A stretch of 64,000 bases of DNA from Patescibacteria group bacterium (lineage in GTDB: Bacteria > Patescibacteriota > Patescibacteriia > UBA10025 > JAHIVO01). Shown one piece after another: positions 35,027 to 45,937 of the stretch. The stretch's first letter is position 1. Each line of letters opens with the position of its first letter. The notes below the pieces were generated by a model, which was not told where the DNA came from, did no database searches, and saw only the letters and a list, made by a program, of their open reading frames with translations. The translations under genes and the position numbers were made by a program. The stretch covers positions 547,097 through 611,096 of the forward strand of contig JBAZKE010000001.1 in the NCBI GenBank assembly GCA_041650915.1, in the 5' to 3' direction.

Positions 35027-37768
35027 TTATTTTTTTAATTGCTCTAGTATATTGCCGAGCTCATTTATTTCACTTCCATACGTACCCCAATCCCCCATTC
35101 GCTGTGCTTCAATTGCATTTTGGTAGTGTTCAAGCGCCTTCGATACCAATTCTTCTGAAGTTGAACTATCTTCAGCAGGCTGTTCTGGCATTATTGCGAT
35201 TGCTGCGGAAGAACCACTTCCAAAAATTTGATTTAACGCCTTTTCTAATGTTTCATCCATGGCAATTCGACTTTCATAAGCAACGATTACGCGCTTAAGC
35301 TCAGGAATTTTTCCGCCTTCAGCCCTGAGGTAAAGAGGTCTGACATACAGGAGAGATTCTTCTATCGGTATCACGAGCAAATTACCTTGGATAACTTCAG
35401 AGCCGTGCTGATCCCAGAGTGATATCTGCTTTGATATATCCGCATCCTGGCTAATGCGATTTACGATCTGTTTTGGCCCGAATACAAGGGTTTGTTTCGG
35501 AAAACGGTAAACAACAAGTTCACCGTAATGATCACCGTCAGCACGGGCAACTATCCAAGCTGACAAGTTATCCTTGCTCCTCGGCGTATACGGCAGCATG
35601 AGAATAAACTCCTCCGTTTCTTCCTGCGGAAGCTTCATAATCATATGCCGCATCATCGGATCTGTTTGTTCATCACTGACTTGCGGAACTTCCCATTTAT
35701 CTTCCTTGTTATAGAATACTTGCGGTTGCTCCATATGGTAGGTCTCATAGAGCATTGTTTGGTACCTAAAAATATCTTCAGGATATCGAATATGCTTTTT
35801 TAAGTCTTCTGGCATTTCTTGGATCGGCTGAAATACTCCCGGAAATATTTTTGCATAGACTTGAATAATTGGATCACCAGGATCAGATATATAGAAATCC
35901 ATGCTGCCATCGTACGCATCAATTACTGCTTTCACCGAATTTCTGATGTAGTTGATAGTACCATAGCTTGGAGTTGCTGTGTTGTATGCGGTAGCGATTT
36001 CCGGGGCGATATTCGTTACATATTCAGCATAGGGATATGCATCGCCAGTCGTATATGCGTCATATATCCACTTAAGCTTGCCGCCTTCTGTTATAACGAG
36101 ATATGGATCGCTATCGAGATTAAGAAATGGCACGACAGTTTTCATTCTCTCAGTAATATTCCTGCGCATGAGTACCTTACTTTCTGATGAAATGTCATTT
36201 GAAAGAAAAATTTTCAAGGAACTGAATCGGGCTGCAAAGAGCGCCTTTTTTAGTATTGAATCAATCGCAATGCCGCTATCACCGATGTATTCACTGTAGA
36301 CATTCTCTTCTCCGGATGGGTAATTAAATTCATCAGCTTTAGTATTTACAAAAACATAATCCGACGATAATTCTCCAAAATATATTTCAGGCCTGGTTAC
36401 CTGGATTGTATCTACGTTCGATACCGGCGGCAAATCTTTTACAAATAAGAGCGGTAAGCCTTCCGCCGTCACTTCATTGACGGGGCCGAGTGCAACGCCG
36501 AATCCATGGGTAAAGGTAAGCCGCTCATTGATAAACGTTGCAGATGGTAAGCTCGCCGTATTGAGCTCCCGCGGAGACAGCATTGTTTGCCGGTATTCAT
36601 CATCAATTACATACCGGTCATTGTCAACTGAAACGAAATCGTAGTATGTTCGTATTTCCTGTAATTGTCCGAAAGTATCGAGTAAAGGCCCCCTGTCCCA
36701 TAGTCGGATATTCTTGATTGTCAACTCATTATTTTTAATATCGTCAGATGTGAGTTGTATGGAATCGGACGTTAATTCCCTTTTTATTACAGTATCGATT
36801 TTATACGCTTTTCGGGTTGCGGCAATGTTTTTTTCGATGTACTCTGTTTCTTTAACGAGCTCATTCGGCAGTACTATAAGTTTTTGTATGATCATTGGGT
36901 AGATAGGAATTCCGATAATTGCAACTGCAAAATATATAGCAATCGAAGTAATAAGTACCTTCCTAATACTGGTAAAAATATTGATAAAAAAAAGTACAGC
37001 GGTAATGGCAGCAATACCGCATAAAATCCACAGGAGCGGAAGACGAGCTACGACGTCTGTATAGCTGGCCCCGGTAAATGGACCAGTGGTAGAGTAGAGC
37101 AAATCAGTCATGCCGACGAAATACGTTTTCGATGCGAGCAAGCTAAACACAAAAAAGAGCAAAAATGAAAAGTGGGCTGAGACGTGGCGTTCAATTTTTA
37201 AAGAAACCCGCTTAAGAGAAAACATGCCACGAGAAAGGTACAGAATTCCCGCGCCTATAAGTGACAATATGAGTGCGCTCATGAGGTAAGAATAGATAAG
37301 CTTAACGAAAGGTAAAACAAAAAAGTAAAAAGAAATATCCCGTCCAAAAAGCGAATCTTCAGTTCCAAATGGCACGCGGTTAAAAAATTGGAGTACTGAT
37401 TGCCACGATGTTGACGCGGCAATGCCAGTTAAAAGCGCAATAACCAGAGCAATGGGGATAAGAATGCGAAAGGTAAGCTTACCAATTTCAATGCCTCTAA
37501 ACCTGAACAAGCTACTGTTAACCGCGTTTGAATATTTTGCAGCAATTTTTTTTGCGATATATACATTAACGAGCAACAGCCCAAAAAAAAGTACGGAAAC
37601 CGTAATACCAAGAAGGAGTTTTGTTAAAACTATTGTTGTAAACAAGGACGAATACCCCTCTGAAGAAAACCATATCCAATCAGTACTAAATGAAATAGTT
37701 GCTGGAAGAACACCCAGTAAAAATAATAAAATGATCACTAATGTGGCAAAACGTTTCCCTTTTCTCAT
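35027..37768 (-). CDS. UPF0182 family membrane protein
   Basis: DWIWF, DISFYFF, GASYTD, NIRLWD, VDNDRY, NYIRNSVKAVIDAYDG, VIQGNLLVIP. Confidence 0.9.
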   Translation of the reverse strand: MRKGKRFATLVIILLFLLGVLPATISFSTDWIWFSSEGYSSLFTTIVLTKLLLGITVSVLFFGLLLVNVYIAKKIAAKYSNAVNSSLFRFRGIEIGKLTFRILIPIALVIALLTGIAASTSWQSVLQFFNRVPFGTEDSLFGRDISFYFFVLPFVKLIYSYLMSALILSLIGAGILYLSRGMFSLKRVSLKIERHVSAHFSFLLFFVFSLLASKTYFVGMTDLLYSTTGPFTGASYTDVVARLPLLWILCGIAAITAVLFFINIFTSIRKVLITSIAIYFAVAIIGIPIYPMIIQKLIVLPNELVKETEYIEKNIAATRKAYKIDTVIKRELTSDSIQLTSDDIKNNELTIKNIRLWDRGPLLDTFGQLQEIRTYYDFVSVDNDRYVIDDEYRQTMLSPRELNTASLPSATFINERLTFTHGFGVALGPVNEVTAEGLPLLFVKDLPPVSNVDTIQVTRPEIYFGELSSDYVFVNTKADEFNYPSGEENVYSEYIGDSGIAIDSILKKALFAARFSSLKIFLSNDISSESKVLMRRNITERMKTVVPFLNLDSDPYLVITEGGKLKWIYDAYTTGDAYPYAEYVTNIAPEIATAYNTATPSYGTINYIRNSVKAVIDAYDGSMDFYISDPGDPIIQVYAKIFPGVFQPIQEMPEDLKKHIRYPEDIFRYQTMLYETYHMEQPQVFYNKEDKWEVPQVSDEQTDPMMRHMIMKLPQEETEEFILMLPYTPRSKDNLSAWIVARADGDHYGELVVYRFPKQTLVFGPKQIVNRISQDADISKQISLWDQHGSEVIQGNLLVIPIEESLLYVRPLYLRAEGGKIPELKRVIVAYESRIAMDETLEKALNQIFGSGSSAAIAIMPEQPAEDSSTSEELVSKALEHYQNAIEAQRMGDWGTYGSEINELGNILEQLKK

Positions 37769-37854
37769 ATATGTTTAATAAATATATTAAATAAACCAAT
37801 AAATTTGATATACGCAGGCTAAAATGAGATTGAATGATAAATATCTCATAATTT

Positions 37855-38136
37855 TTAATTTGTGCCTTTTTTGCGTTTACATAGTGAACGTTTTTCCACG
37901 TATACTATTTTCCACCAGACGAGACCCAATAAGTAGCCGGCAATGCCGCCAACAACTACTAAAGAGTATACGACAATTGGCGGAAGCGAGCATGCGGCAT
38001 AACCAAAATATTGGTACCACGTTACTTGCGATGCATGCCGGAGATACAGCAATTCAGCAATAGTATGAATAATAGTGCTGCATACGATGCCAAGGAAAAT
38101 TGTTAAACATACATAGGTGATCTTTTTATAATTCAT
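37855..38136 (-). CDS. Small two-TM hypothetical protein
   Basis: ATG start, two hydrophobic segments, WWKIVYVE C-terminal motif, same strand as neighbours. Confidence 0.65.
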   Translation of the reverse strand: MNYKKITYVCLTIFLGIVCSTIIHTIAELLYLRHASQVTWYQYFGYAACSLPPIVVYSLVVVGGIAGYLLGLVWWKIVYVEKRSLCKRKKGTN

Positions 38137-38272
38137 GCATTAATTGTATCATATTGTGATGTAATTCCAAGCAATAAAAAACGGCTGGAATATCATATGT
38201 ATCATGCCGTATATGAAACATTCTACGTACAAAAAATTAACGATCCGTAGTCTTCATTGAAATAAACAAGAT

Positions 38273-38638
38273 TTACACTTGGATCCTATCCAAAATTATT
38301 TTTATTAAATCTTCCAGCGTTACAATTCCACCGATCAGTTCCGCAGAAAGAATGCAGATCAATGAGCTGCCTGTTGTGAGGAAAATTGCGGGAAAATCAA
38401 CCGAAACAGACGGGTACTTTTTTTGAAACATATCCTTGTAAAAATATCGCACATCAATCGGTAGCGTTTCTGTAAATCGTTTCCATTCATTATTTTCACT
38501 GAGATTGTGCAAAATTAATTTTGAAAGGTTACAAGGAAACGTTTCAGGAATGATGTGACGATGAAAAAAATCAAATGCCTGATTAAAGGGCAGGCTTTTA
38601 GTATTGTAGACTACAATGAGTTGTTTTTGTCTTTCCAT
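38273..38638 (-). CDS. Conserved hypothetical protein (thioredoxin-like fold possible)
   Basis: LIVVYN...P..CNL...EWKRF...FPAIF pattern; ATG at 38638, 5 nt after the AKR stop. Confidence 0.6.
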   Translation of the reverse strand: MERQKQLIVVYNTKSLPFNQAFDFFHRHIIPETFPCNLSKLILHNLSENNEWKRFTETLPIDVRYFYKDMFQKKYPSVSVDFPAIFLTTGSSLICILSAELIGGIVTLEDLIKIILDRIQV

Positions 38639-38643
38639 CGTTC

Positions 38644-39522
38644 TTACACACGTGGACCCCAAATAGTTTCTCCTCGTGGAAAATTTAAGTCAAGTAATTC
38701 AGCATCTTGTGCACTCAGCTGCCAACCCAGAGCTCCTACATTTTCTTCAATGTGATTTACATGAGAAGATCTGAATAAGGTTACCACATTTTTTTTACTG
38801 ATTATCCAATTCAGGGCGGTTTGCGCCGGTGTTTTACTGTACCGCTCTGCAATTTTTCTCAGCAGAGGATTTTGTAAAATTAACGTCGGCGATTCTGAAC
38901 TGTATTTGAGTGGTCGGTACGCGGTAATAATAATGTCATTTTTCGTACAGTATTCAAGCGTGCCAACCTCCTCATGTTCTCGGGCAGACAGGCTGTAATT
39001 TATTTGATTGACGACGATTTTATGATGTGAATATGCTTGTGCTTCTTGCAGTTTCATTGAACTAAAATTGCTGACTCCGATTGCCCGTATGGCTTTTGTT
39101 TCCAGTAAAAAATTCATTGCTTTCATCGTGTTCTCGAGTGGAATATCAGGATTTGGCGCATGGATAAGGTATAAATCCAGATAATCCGTTTTAAGGCGTT
39201 CGAGGCTTCTTTGGCAAGAGTTAATGAGGGTGTCGTATTCAAGATGGGCGGGCAGTACCTTACTCGTAATTTTTAAATCGGCTCTACGGTACGGAGTTAT
39301 GGCTGTCCCGATAATCTGTTCAGAATAACCTTGTGCGTAAACCTCGGCCGTATCAATGTGGGTGATGCCGAGATCAATTGCATATCGAATCGCTTCAATT
39401 TCAGCTTTTTCGTTCGATCGTAGATCGCGTTCATATTTTCCTCCGACTCCCCACGTTCCTAATCCTAGTACAGGAAGCGTGAACTGGCCTGATTTTTTTT
39501 CAGGAATATAAATTTTATCCAT
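38644..39522 (-). CDS. Aldo/keto reductase
   Basis: LGLGTW, IDTAEVY, DYLDLYLIHAP, IGVSNF. Confidence 0.93.
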   Translation of the reverse strand: MDKIYIPEKKSGQFTLPVLGLGTWGVGGKYERDLRSNEKAEIEAIRYAIDLGITHIDTAEVYAQGYSEQIIGTAITPYRRADLKITSKVLPAHLEYDTLINSCQRSLERLKTDYLDLYLIHAPNPDIPLENTMKAMNFLLETKAIRAIGVSNFSSMKLQEAQAYSHHKIVVNQINYSLSAREHEEVGTLEYCTKNDIIITAYRPLKYSSESPTLILQNPLLRKIAERYSKTPAQTALNWIISKKNVVTLFRSSHVNHIEENVGALGWQLSAQDAELLDLNFPRGETIWGPRV

Positions 39523-40114
39523 ATTGTTGGGCTAAGAAAGTTCTGACTTTTTTAAAAACTATGCCGCGATGGCTGATTGAATCCTTTTCACGGTCCGATA
39601 ATTCGCTGAATGTTTTTTTGCAATTTTTTGGTATAAAAACTTGATCATACGGAAGATGAAAACGAATTTTGCCAGCTGGTTTCAATGCAATAGTTCCGGC
39701 AATGTTCCCACTGAATATAAATTCTTCTTTGTTTGGGGATATTAGCGCAACGATGCTTGTAAAACTGGCGGTGCGCTCTTTTTCAGCATACTGCTTCATT
39801 TTTTGCAATAAAAAATCACGAATCTGTTCGTCAGCAGCGTTATCCCCTGCCCAACGTGCGGAGTTGATGCCGGGATTTCCACCAAGACAATCAACAAAAA
39901 GGCCCGTATCTTCTGCAAGCACCCACTCGTTTATTTCCGCGGCAACTGTTCTTGCCTTAATAAGCGCATTTTGTACCAATGTCGACCCATTTTCGTTTGG
40001 TGCTATATGATAACCGACCTCATCTGCACTTAATACGTTGAATCTGCCGCTAGAAAGCAAAGAACGTATTTCTGAAAATTTTCCTGGATTGTGAGTTGCA
40101 ATGATCAGGTTCAT
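39515..40114 (-). CDS. rdgB: Non-canonical purine NTP pyrophosphatase (RdgB/HAM1)
   Basis: ATHNPGK, NALIKA, EDTGL, PGINSAR, YD, ISHRG. Confidence 0.9.
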   Translation of the reverse strand: MNLIIATHNPGKFSEIRSLLSSGRFNVLSADEVGYHIAPNENGSTLVQNALIKARTVAAEINEWVLAEDTGLFVDCLGGNPGINSARWAGDNAADEQIRDFLLQKMKQYAEKERTASFTSIVALISPNKEEFIFSGNIAGTIALKPAGKIRFHLPYDQVFIPKNCKKTFSELSDREKDSISHRGIVFKKVRTFLAQQYG

Positions 40115-40116
40115 TC

Positions 40117-41808
40117 CTATATTTTATCAAGTGTTCTTTGATCATGGTTTTTCATTTTTTCCATCAATGTTGCGTCAAATTTTGTTGCTGTAATAATAGA
40201 AGCAAGATGCTCGCCACCAAGTAAGTGCGGCAGGACTACGTAATCAGCCCCTTCGCGATACAAGCGTTTAGCCTCCCAGATTGAATATGCGGTTACGATC
40301 ATAATCGGAACTTTTTTACTATGCCGCTTGATTTCAGCGATGCGTGCTAACAGTTGTGCGTTGTCCGCGTAACTCGGTATCGTTGATATTACGACATGGG
40401 CATTTTCGATATCAACCTCATCCTGTATTTCAGTGTCAGTGATATCACCAAAGTACACTCGATACCCTTCATTACGGAGTGCTCTCGCAATCACCGGATC
40501 AAATTCAACAATACTAAAACGCTTACTGTCGAGAGACCTCAGGAGGTGTCCACCAAGCCGGTGTGCACCGGCGAGGATTATGCCGTTCACTACCTTTTTG
40601 GGGTTAGGAAAGTTTTCCAGAGAATTTTTTCGTTCAAAAAACGACAGAAACCCACGAATGTGTTTATAAATTAATTCGTTATGCTGTATACAATATGTTG
40701 AGGTGATAAAAGTTACGATCCCGACTAGTGTAACCAATGATACATCTTGCGAAGTTACTTGACCGAGCGCGAAACCCATGGCCATCAAAATCAAACTGAA
40801 TTCTGAAATTTGTGCAACTGTTACACTCGAATAAAAGCTCGTTTTCTTTTTAAACCCGAGTATCCCCATAACAGTTAATACGATGATGGGATTGCCAATG
40901 ATTACAAAAACTGAAAGGATTATTGCTGGAACGAGGATTGACCCTATTTGTTCTATAACGAGAGTTGTTCCGAGCACAATAAAAAAAATGAGTATGAAAA
41001 AATCGCGCAACGGCCGCATCTGGGACGCAATTTGGTACTGTTCCAATGATTTTGCAAGGGCAACACCGGCGAGAAAACCGCCAATTTCAGTCGAGAGTCC
41101 AATAAAATCACTTGAGACAAAAGCGCTGATACCGAATGCCCATGCAACACTCGTTACAAAGAGGAGTTCATGCGATGTAGCCAATTTATCGAAAAGCCAT
41201 GGAAAAACCGTTTTTGAAAGCCAGTACGTAATTCCGAATAGTATGGCGCTTTTCGCAATTGTCATTAAAAAAGTAAGTAACTGCAGTGCGTGGTCCCCGG
41301 TTTGAAGTCCTGCGAGAAAGATGAGCATGAAAATTGCCACGATGTCTTGTACGATTAAAAAACCGACGACGATTCTCCCATACAACGTTTGAAGTTCCCT
41401 TTTTTCAGAAAGCAGCTTGACGACTAAAATGGTACTTGAAAAAGTAAGTGCCACCGAAATGTAGAGTGCCGGAATAGTATCAAATCCGAGTATTTTTACA
41501 ATTATAAAACCGACAAAAGCAGTGAATATGATCTGTGCAAATCCGGTAATGAGTGACGCTTTTCCGATCAGCTTGAAGTTATTAAATCGCATTTCAAGGC
41601 CAATCAGAAACAGCAGCAACGTCGTACCAAAGGTTGCCATAACCTCGAGTGTATGAACACTACTCGAGCTTAGTGCGCCGAATGTTGATATTAAAATTCC
41701 TGCTACGAGATACGCTACCAAAGTGGGCTGGCGTACTACTCTTGCCAGTATTCCGAGACCGGCTGCAATTGCTACGATAACAGTTATATCTGTAAATATT
41801 GGATTCAT
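40117..41808 (-). CDS. CPA2 cation:proton antiporter (Kef-like) with RCK/TrkA-N domain
   Basis: About 13 TM, LLFLIGLE, SSTILVVK, VQD, LRDFF, QISEF; C-terminal GAHRLG and GD RCK-like segment. Confidence 0.9.
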   Translation of the reverse strand: MNPIFTDITVIVAIAAGLGILARVVRQPTLVAYLVAGILISTFGALSSSSVHTLEVMATFGTTLLLFLIGLEMRFNNFKLIGKASLITGFAQIIFTAFVGFIIVKILGFDTIPALYISVALTFSSTILVVKLLSEKRELQTLYGRIVVGFLIVQDIVAIFMLIFLAGLQTGDHALQLLTFLMTIAKSAILFGITYWLSKTVFPWLFDKLATSHELLFVTSVAWAFGISAFVSSDFIGLSTEIGGFLAGVALAKSLEQYQIASQMRPLRDFFILIFFIVLGTTLVIEQIGSILVPAIILSVFVIIGNPIIVLTVMGILGFKKKTSFYSSVTVAQISEFSLILMAMGFALGQVTSQDVSLVTLVGIVTFITSTYCIQHNELIYKHIRGFLSFFERKNSLENFPNPKKVVNGIILAGAHRLGGHLLRSLDSKRFSIVEFDPVIARALRNEGYRVYFGDITDTEIQDEVDIENAHVVISTIPSYADNAQLLARIAEIKRHSKKVPIMIVTAYSIWEAKRLYREGADYVVLPHLLGGEHLASIITATKFDATLMEKMKNHDQRTLDKI

Positions 41809-41828
41809 GGCGTGATTTTTAGTTTTTT

Positions 41829-42248
41829 TTATTCTCCAATTATTTTTATAAGAACTCGTTTTTCCCGCTGTCCGTCAAACTCACCGTAAAATACTTGTTC
41901 CCATGGCCCAAAATCGAGCAAACCGCGTGTTACTGCAATAGTAACCTCGCGACCCATGATCGTTCTTTTAAGGTGGGCGTGTGCGTTGTCTTCACCGGTC
42001 AAATTGTGCTTATACCGACCCACGTCTGATGGAACAACCTTTTCAAGCCAGGTTATATAGTCTTCTTTTAATCCTGGTTCTTCATCATTGATAAATACCG
42101 AAGCAGTAATGTGCATGGCATTTACTAGGCAGATTCCTTCTCGGATGCCTGCTCGATTAACAGCTTTTTTAACACTGTCAGTAATATTAATAATTTCAAT
42201 TTTATTATTTGTATTGAAATTAAGGTATTCCGTGTAAGACTTCATCAC
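41829..42248 (-). CDS. yjbQ: YjbQ/UPF0047 family protein
   Basis: [12 protein letters not shown]...[21 protein letters not shown]. Confidence 0.9.
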   Translation of the reverse strand: MMKSYTEYLNFNTNNKIEIINITDSVKKAVNRAGIREGICLVNAMHITASVFINDEEPGLKEDYITWLEKVVPSDVGRYKHNLTGEDNAHAHLKRTIMGREVTIAVTRGLLDFGPWEQVFYGEFDGQREKRVLIKIIGE

Positions 42249-42258
42249 AGTACACTCC

Positions 42259-42663
42259 CTATGCAGAAGACTTTAAAAGTATGGCAACGACTGCAAAAAT
42301 ACCCCAGTGGATTATAAATGCGGCTAAAACTAAACTATTGAGTCTCACGAATGATCTGTACTGCACATGCTGCATCGTTTTTCGGCATAAATTAACGATG
42401 AGCATGACTGTAATTCCGATGGTGTAGAGAGCCATAACGATACAGAGTGCAAATGCTATGATTTCAATTATACGCCCCTGAACTAAAAAAAACGCTGAAA
42501 CCCGTGTTGGATCTGCCCACCACAGTAACATTGCGTGAATCAACCAAATTTCAAATATCAACATACCCCACAATACTCCCATTATTGTCCAATGGATTGC
42601 CGCCTGTTTTTTAATTGCACTGTCACGCGAATTGGTAGCCTGATCTGAATGAGAATTGGGCAT
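42259..42663 (-). CDS. Hypothetical membrane protein (3 TM)
   Basis: Open ORF in operon position with hydrophobic segments; no recognised family. Confidence 0.6.
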   Translation of the reverse strand: MPNSHSDQATNSRDSAIKKQAAIHWTIMGVLWGMLIFEIWLIHAMLLWWADPTRVSAFFLVQGRIIEIIAFALCIVMALYTIGITVMLIVNLCRKTMQHVQYRSFVRLNSLVLAAFIIHWGIFAVVAILLKSSA

Positions 42664-42669
42664 AGGCGA

Positions 42670-43047
42670 TTATTCAAATACGATTGAAATGGAAATAAAA
42701 GTTGCTGCGATAAAAAAAACTAAAACTAAAATATTTAAAAAAATTAAGATCGGTAATTTGGCACGGTAGCCCTTCGTGCCGAGATAAAAACTGATAATAA
42801 CTGTATAGAGTACGATTAAAACATAAGAGTAGGACCACGTACTCGCATTTACAAGTGCACGCATATAGGATTGCGTCGATCCGAAAATAAGTATGACGGG
42901 CGTGAATAGCAATCCAAATACAGTCACCGACCATAGCAATCCGAGGGTAAAGTATGTAAAGAACTTTTTCCAAAAGCTAAAATCAGTCGCGACGTCTTTT
43001 TGGGATTTTGCATGAAACGTGTCGACTGAATTTTCCTTCTTTCTCAT
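42670..43047 (-). CDS. Hypothetical membrane protein (3 TM)
   Basis: Open ORF with hydrophobic segments, directly downstream of a candidate promoter. Confidence 0.6.
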   Translation of the reverse strand: MRKKENSVDTFHAKSQKDVATDFSFWKKFFTYFTLGLLWSVTVFGLLFTPVILIFGSTQSYMRALVNASTWSYSYVLIVLYTVIISFYLGTKGYRAKLPILIFLNILVLVFFIAATFISISIVFE

Positions 43048-43080
43048 GCACTGACAAGTTATCCCTTTCTTAACACAATG

Positions 43081-43109
43081 ATTATAGCATATTTCCTACA
43101 ATAAAACAA
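43081..43109 (-). promoter_or_regulatory. Candidate extended -10 promoter
   Basis: TTGTTT-N17-TATAAT with TGn on the minus strand, 33 nt upstream of ATG 43047. Confidence 0.5.
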
Positions 43110-43384
43110 GCGAAACGATGGCAGGTATGCTTTACCCAGGAACGTTTAAATCGATATATCACGCGTATTCAACCAATATGTGACTATGATTGTACAGACG
43201 ACTATAGTGCACAGAAAGATAAAAACCGAAATTGCGTCTATACTATTCTAAATGAGTCCGCCAACTGTATCAAGACAAATTAACAAGATACATACTTATC
43301 ACAAGTAATATCTTTTTATCATTGCGATTGTATTGGCAATAACATACTAAATCAACTTGAAAATTACCCACATAATCAATTTGA

Positions 43385-44188
43385 TTATGTTGAAACGTCG
43401 CGCCTATTAAACCAGTAGAAGCCAAAGGCAGTGCAGCTGACTGCTACCGCAGCAAAAACCAACACATCCGTTAAATCAAGTGAATTATTGAGTAGGGCGT
43501 TTTCATAATCATAGTAATAAAAAAATGAAAAGAACTGTGCGTTTTCCCACTTTTCGCTTACGGATGACACAATTTGCATTACATACATGATAACCATCAT
43601 TCCGCCTATGATCATGAAAACTTTACTCCGCTCAGAGAAAATGACTGAGAGGAGCATGGCAATGCTGAACACAGCCCAGCCGAAAATGAAACAGAGCAGT
43701 GAAATTGATAAAAAATTTTCGATAGAATAATCCACATTATGCATGGTAGCGAGAGGGATGATCATAAACGTCGAAGCGACAATGAATAACGCCAATGCGC
43801 TCAATCCTACCAGGTATTTTCCGAAAAAAATTGAGATCCGCGATACGGGACGTGATAAAAGTATTTCAATAGTGCCTTTTTCGATTTCTGATGAAAAAGC
43901 AGCTGCTGCAATGCCTGCCACCATAAAAATGATCAGCACTGGAATCATGAGACTATATTGTTCCATCGCAAGAAAATTTTCTATTTTTGTAAAGCTTGCC
44001 TCAGAGATCGGGAACATATCCTTCAATGCAGGCGGGTAACTTTCCATGAGTGACAATATATTTTCTCCCATATCTTGCATTGTTGGAAACATAAGAATGT
44101 AGAGCCAAAGAAGCAGCACTCCCGAAATGCAAAAAATGAGTATAGAATATTTTCTGTCTTGTAACGTTCTGAGAAATATCGTTTTCAT
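43385..44188 (-). CDS. ABC-2 type transporter permease
   Basis: 6 TM; EIEKGTIEILLSRPVSR...GK motif; C-terminal FNRRDV. Confidence 0.88.
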   Translation of the reverse strand: MKTIFLRTLQDRKYSILIFCISGVLLLWLYILMFPTMQDMGENILSLMESYPPALKDMFPISEASFTKIENFLAMEQYSLMIPVLIIFMVAGIAAAAFSSEIEKGTIEILLSRPVSRISIFFGKYLVGLSALALFIVASTFMIIPLATMHNVDYSIENFLSISLLCFIFGWAVFSIAMLLSVIFSERSKVFMIIGGMMVIMYVMQIVSSVSEKWENAQFFSFFYYYDYENALLNNSLDLTDVLVFAAVAVSCTAFGFYWFNRRDVST

Positions 44189-44192
44189 AAAT

Positions 44193-45062
44193 CTATTCGT
44201 AATACTCTAGAAAGATGTCTTCAAGGGTTGCATGTTGAATTTCCACGTCATGTACGTTTAATGTACTGAGTTTTTTTAGAAGTGAATTCACGTCGCCCTT
44301 GACGGTGAGCATGATGCTTTTTGGTAGAATTTTTTTAATTTGGATTCCTTCGAATTGGAAAATTCTTTTATCAAATCCACTTTTAAAATCAATTGCTACC
44401 GAGTAGAGTCGCATTTCCTTGAGATTATGTATGCTTTCAGTTGCAACTATCTTCCCTTTTTTAATAATTCCGACACGGTGACAAATTCTGTCCACTTCAG
44501 CGAGGTTGTGGGAGGAAAAGAATACAGTCGTTCCTTGTTTGGTGACTTCTTCGATCAATTCGTAAGTTGTATTTTGCAGAAGCGGATCAAGGGCGTTTGT
44601 CGGTTCGTCCATAATAAGAATTTCTGGACGAGTCATAAATGCCATGACAATTCCGAGCTTTTGCTTATTGCCCGATGAGAGTGTTTTTACCTTTAAGCTA
44701 GGATCGAAATCAAAGCGTTTGCAAATTGATTGCGCGATATCATTATCGCCATTCAAGTTTTTTACGAAATCAATATGATCTTGGCCTGTCCACTTGTCGT
44801 AAAGCCGCAGCTGCCCGGATAGATAACCGATTTTTTTCTTGAGCTCAACGGAATTTTTCTGTGAGTCCATGCCAAGAATTCTAATTTCACCGCTGGTGGG
44901 TCGAATAAAATCCATCATGCAGCGGATGGTTGTCGTTTTGCCAGCACCATTGGGACCCAGAAAACCAAAAATTTCTCCTTTTTCTACACTAAAGCAGATG
45001 GCATCAACAGCCCTAACGTCCTTAAAGTGCTTTGATAAATTCTTTACTTCTATTACTCCCAT
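44193..45062 (-). CDS. ABC transporter ATP-binding protein (export type)
   Basis: GPNGAGKTT, LSSGNKQK, IMDEPT, SSH, LEDIFL. Confidence 0.93.
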   Translation of the reverse strand: MGVIEVKNLSKHFKDVRAVDAICFSVEKGEIFGFLGPNGAGKTTTIRCMMDFIRPTSGEIRILGMDSQKNSVELKKKIGYLSGQLRLYDKWTGQDHIDFVKNLNGDNDIAQSICKRFDFDPSLKVKTLSSGNKQKLGIVMAFMTRPEILIMDEPTNALDPLLQNTTYELIEEVTKQGTTVFFSSHNLAEVDRICHRVGIIKKGKIVATESIHNLKEMRLYSVAIDFKSGFDKRIFQFEGIQIKKILPKSIMLTVKGDVNSLLKKLSTLNVHDVEIQHATLEDIFLEYYE

Positions 45063-45121
45063 AGTACTGAATCAATAAATTATTGATGTATTTGCCAAAT
45101 CGTTTTGTATAATTTTAGCAT

Positions 45122-45937
45122 TTATTTTGGAAAAGATCCATTGTATTTAAAAAACAGACGAATGTGAGAAAGCAGTTGATCGTGAAGTTTTGAGTTTGAA
45201 GCAATAATCGTATCATTCCAAAGGGCATTTTTACTTCGATAATTAAGAGTTTCTCCATGCAGGTTTGTAACCTTACCACCTGCCTCTTCCAATATAACCT
45301 GTCCACCGCACGTATCCCACTTGCCCATTTTATAGTGAGTTACCATAAAAAAGTCCGCATCACCAGATGCGACTTTTGCGAGCTTGAGCCCTGTGCTCCC
45401 TTCTGTGCTCTTTCTGAGCACTTTAAAACTTTTTTCAAGTCCGATAAGGGGGCGCGGTTCTCCAGCATGGTCAGCTACGGTCATGTGCGATGTGCTGATC
45501 ATCCCCGTCATACTGACTGAAAGCTTGCTCACGGAACTATCTCGCTGCATAAAAGCACCTTTACCTTTCTGAGCATAGTATAGCAGATTTCTAACTGGAG
45601 AAAATACCAGGCCAAATTCGGGATTTCCATCAATGCAAAGCCCAATTACAACGCAAAAACCGTCATTATCGCGAATAAAATTTTTTGTGCCATCGAGAGG
45701 ATCAACGAGCCACCACCGACCCCGCCCATCATATGATGTGCTCCCTTCTTCTGAGAGCACTCTATCTGCAGGAAACGCTTCAATAATTTTTTGTACAATG
45801 TAGTTATTTGTTTCCGTATCAGCGTCGGTCAGATAATCATAGCGCCCGTTTTTCGTAGCGTATTTTTTCGGTTTTTTAAAGTGCCTCAGCAAAATTTCGC
45901 CCGCCCCTATAGCGATGCTTTTTAATTTATTTACCAT
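45122..45937 (-). CDS. Inositol monophosphatase / CysQ family phosphatase
   Basis: TDAD, LSEE, WLVDPLDGTKNF, WDTCGG. Start placed at ATG 45937. Confidence 0.9.
   Translation of the reverse strand: MVNKLKSIAIGAGEILLRHFKKPKKYATKNGRYDYLTDADTETNNYIVQKIIEAFPADRVLSEEGSTSYDGRGRWWLVDPLDGTKNFIRDNDGFCVVIGLCIDGNPEFGLVFSPVRNLLYYAQKGKGAFMQRDSSVSKLSVSMTGMISTSHMTVADHAGEPRPLIGLEKSFKVLRKSTEGSTGLKLAKVASGDADFFMVTHYKMGKWDTCGGQVILEEAGGKVTNLHGETLNYRSKNALWNDTIIASNSKLHDQLLSHIRLFFKYNGSFPK

Noticed and set aside
43110-43384. Longest unexplained intergenic stretch as a possible ncRNA, CRISPR array or small gene
   Set aside because: I saw no direct repeats, tRNA-like motifs, strong stem or convincing ORF.
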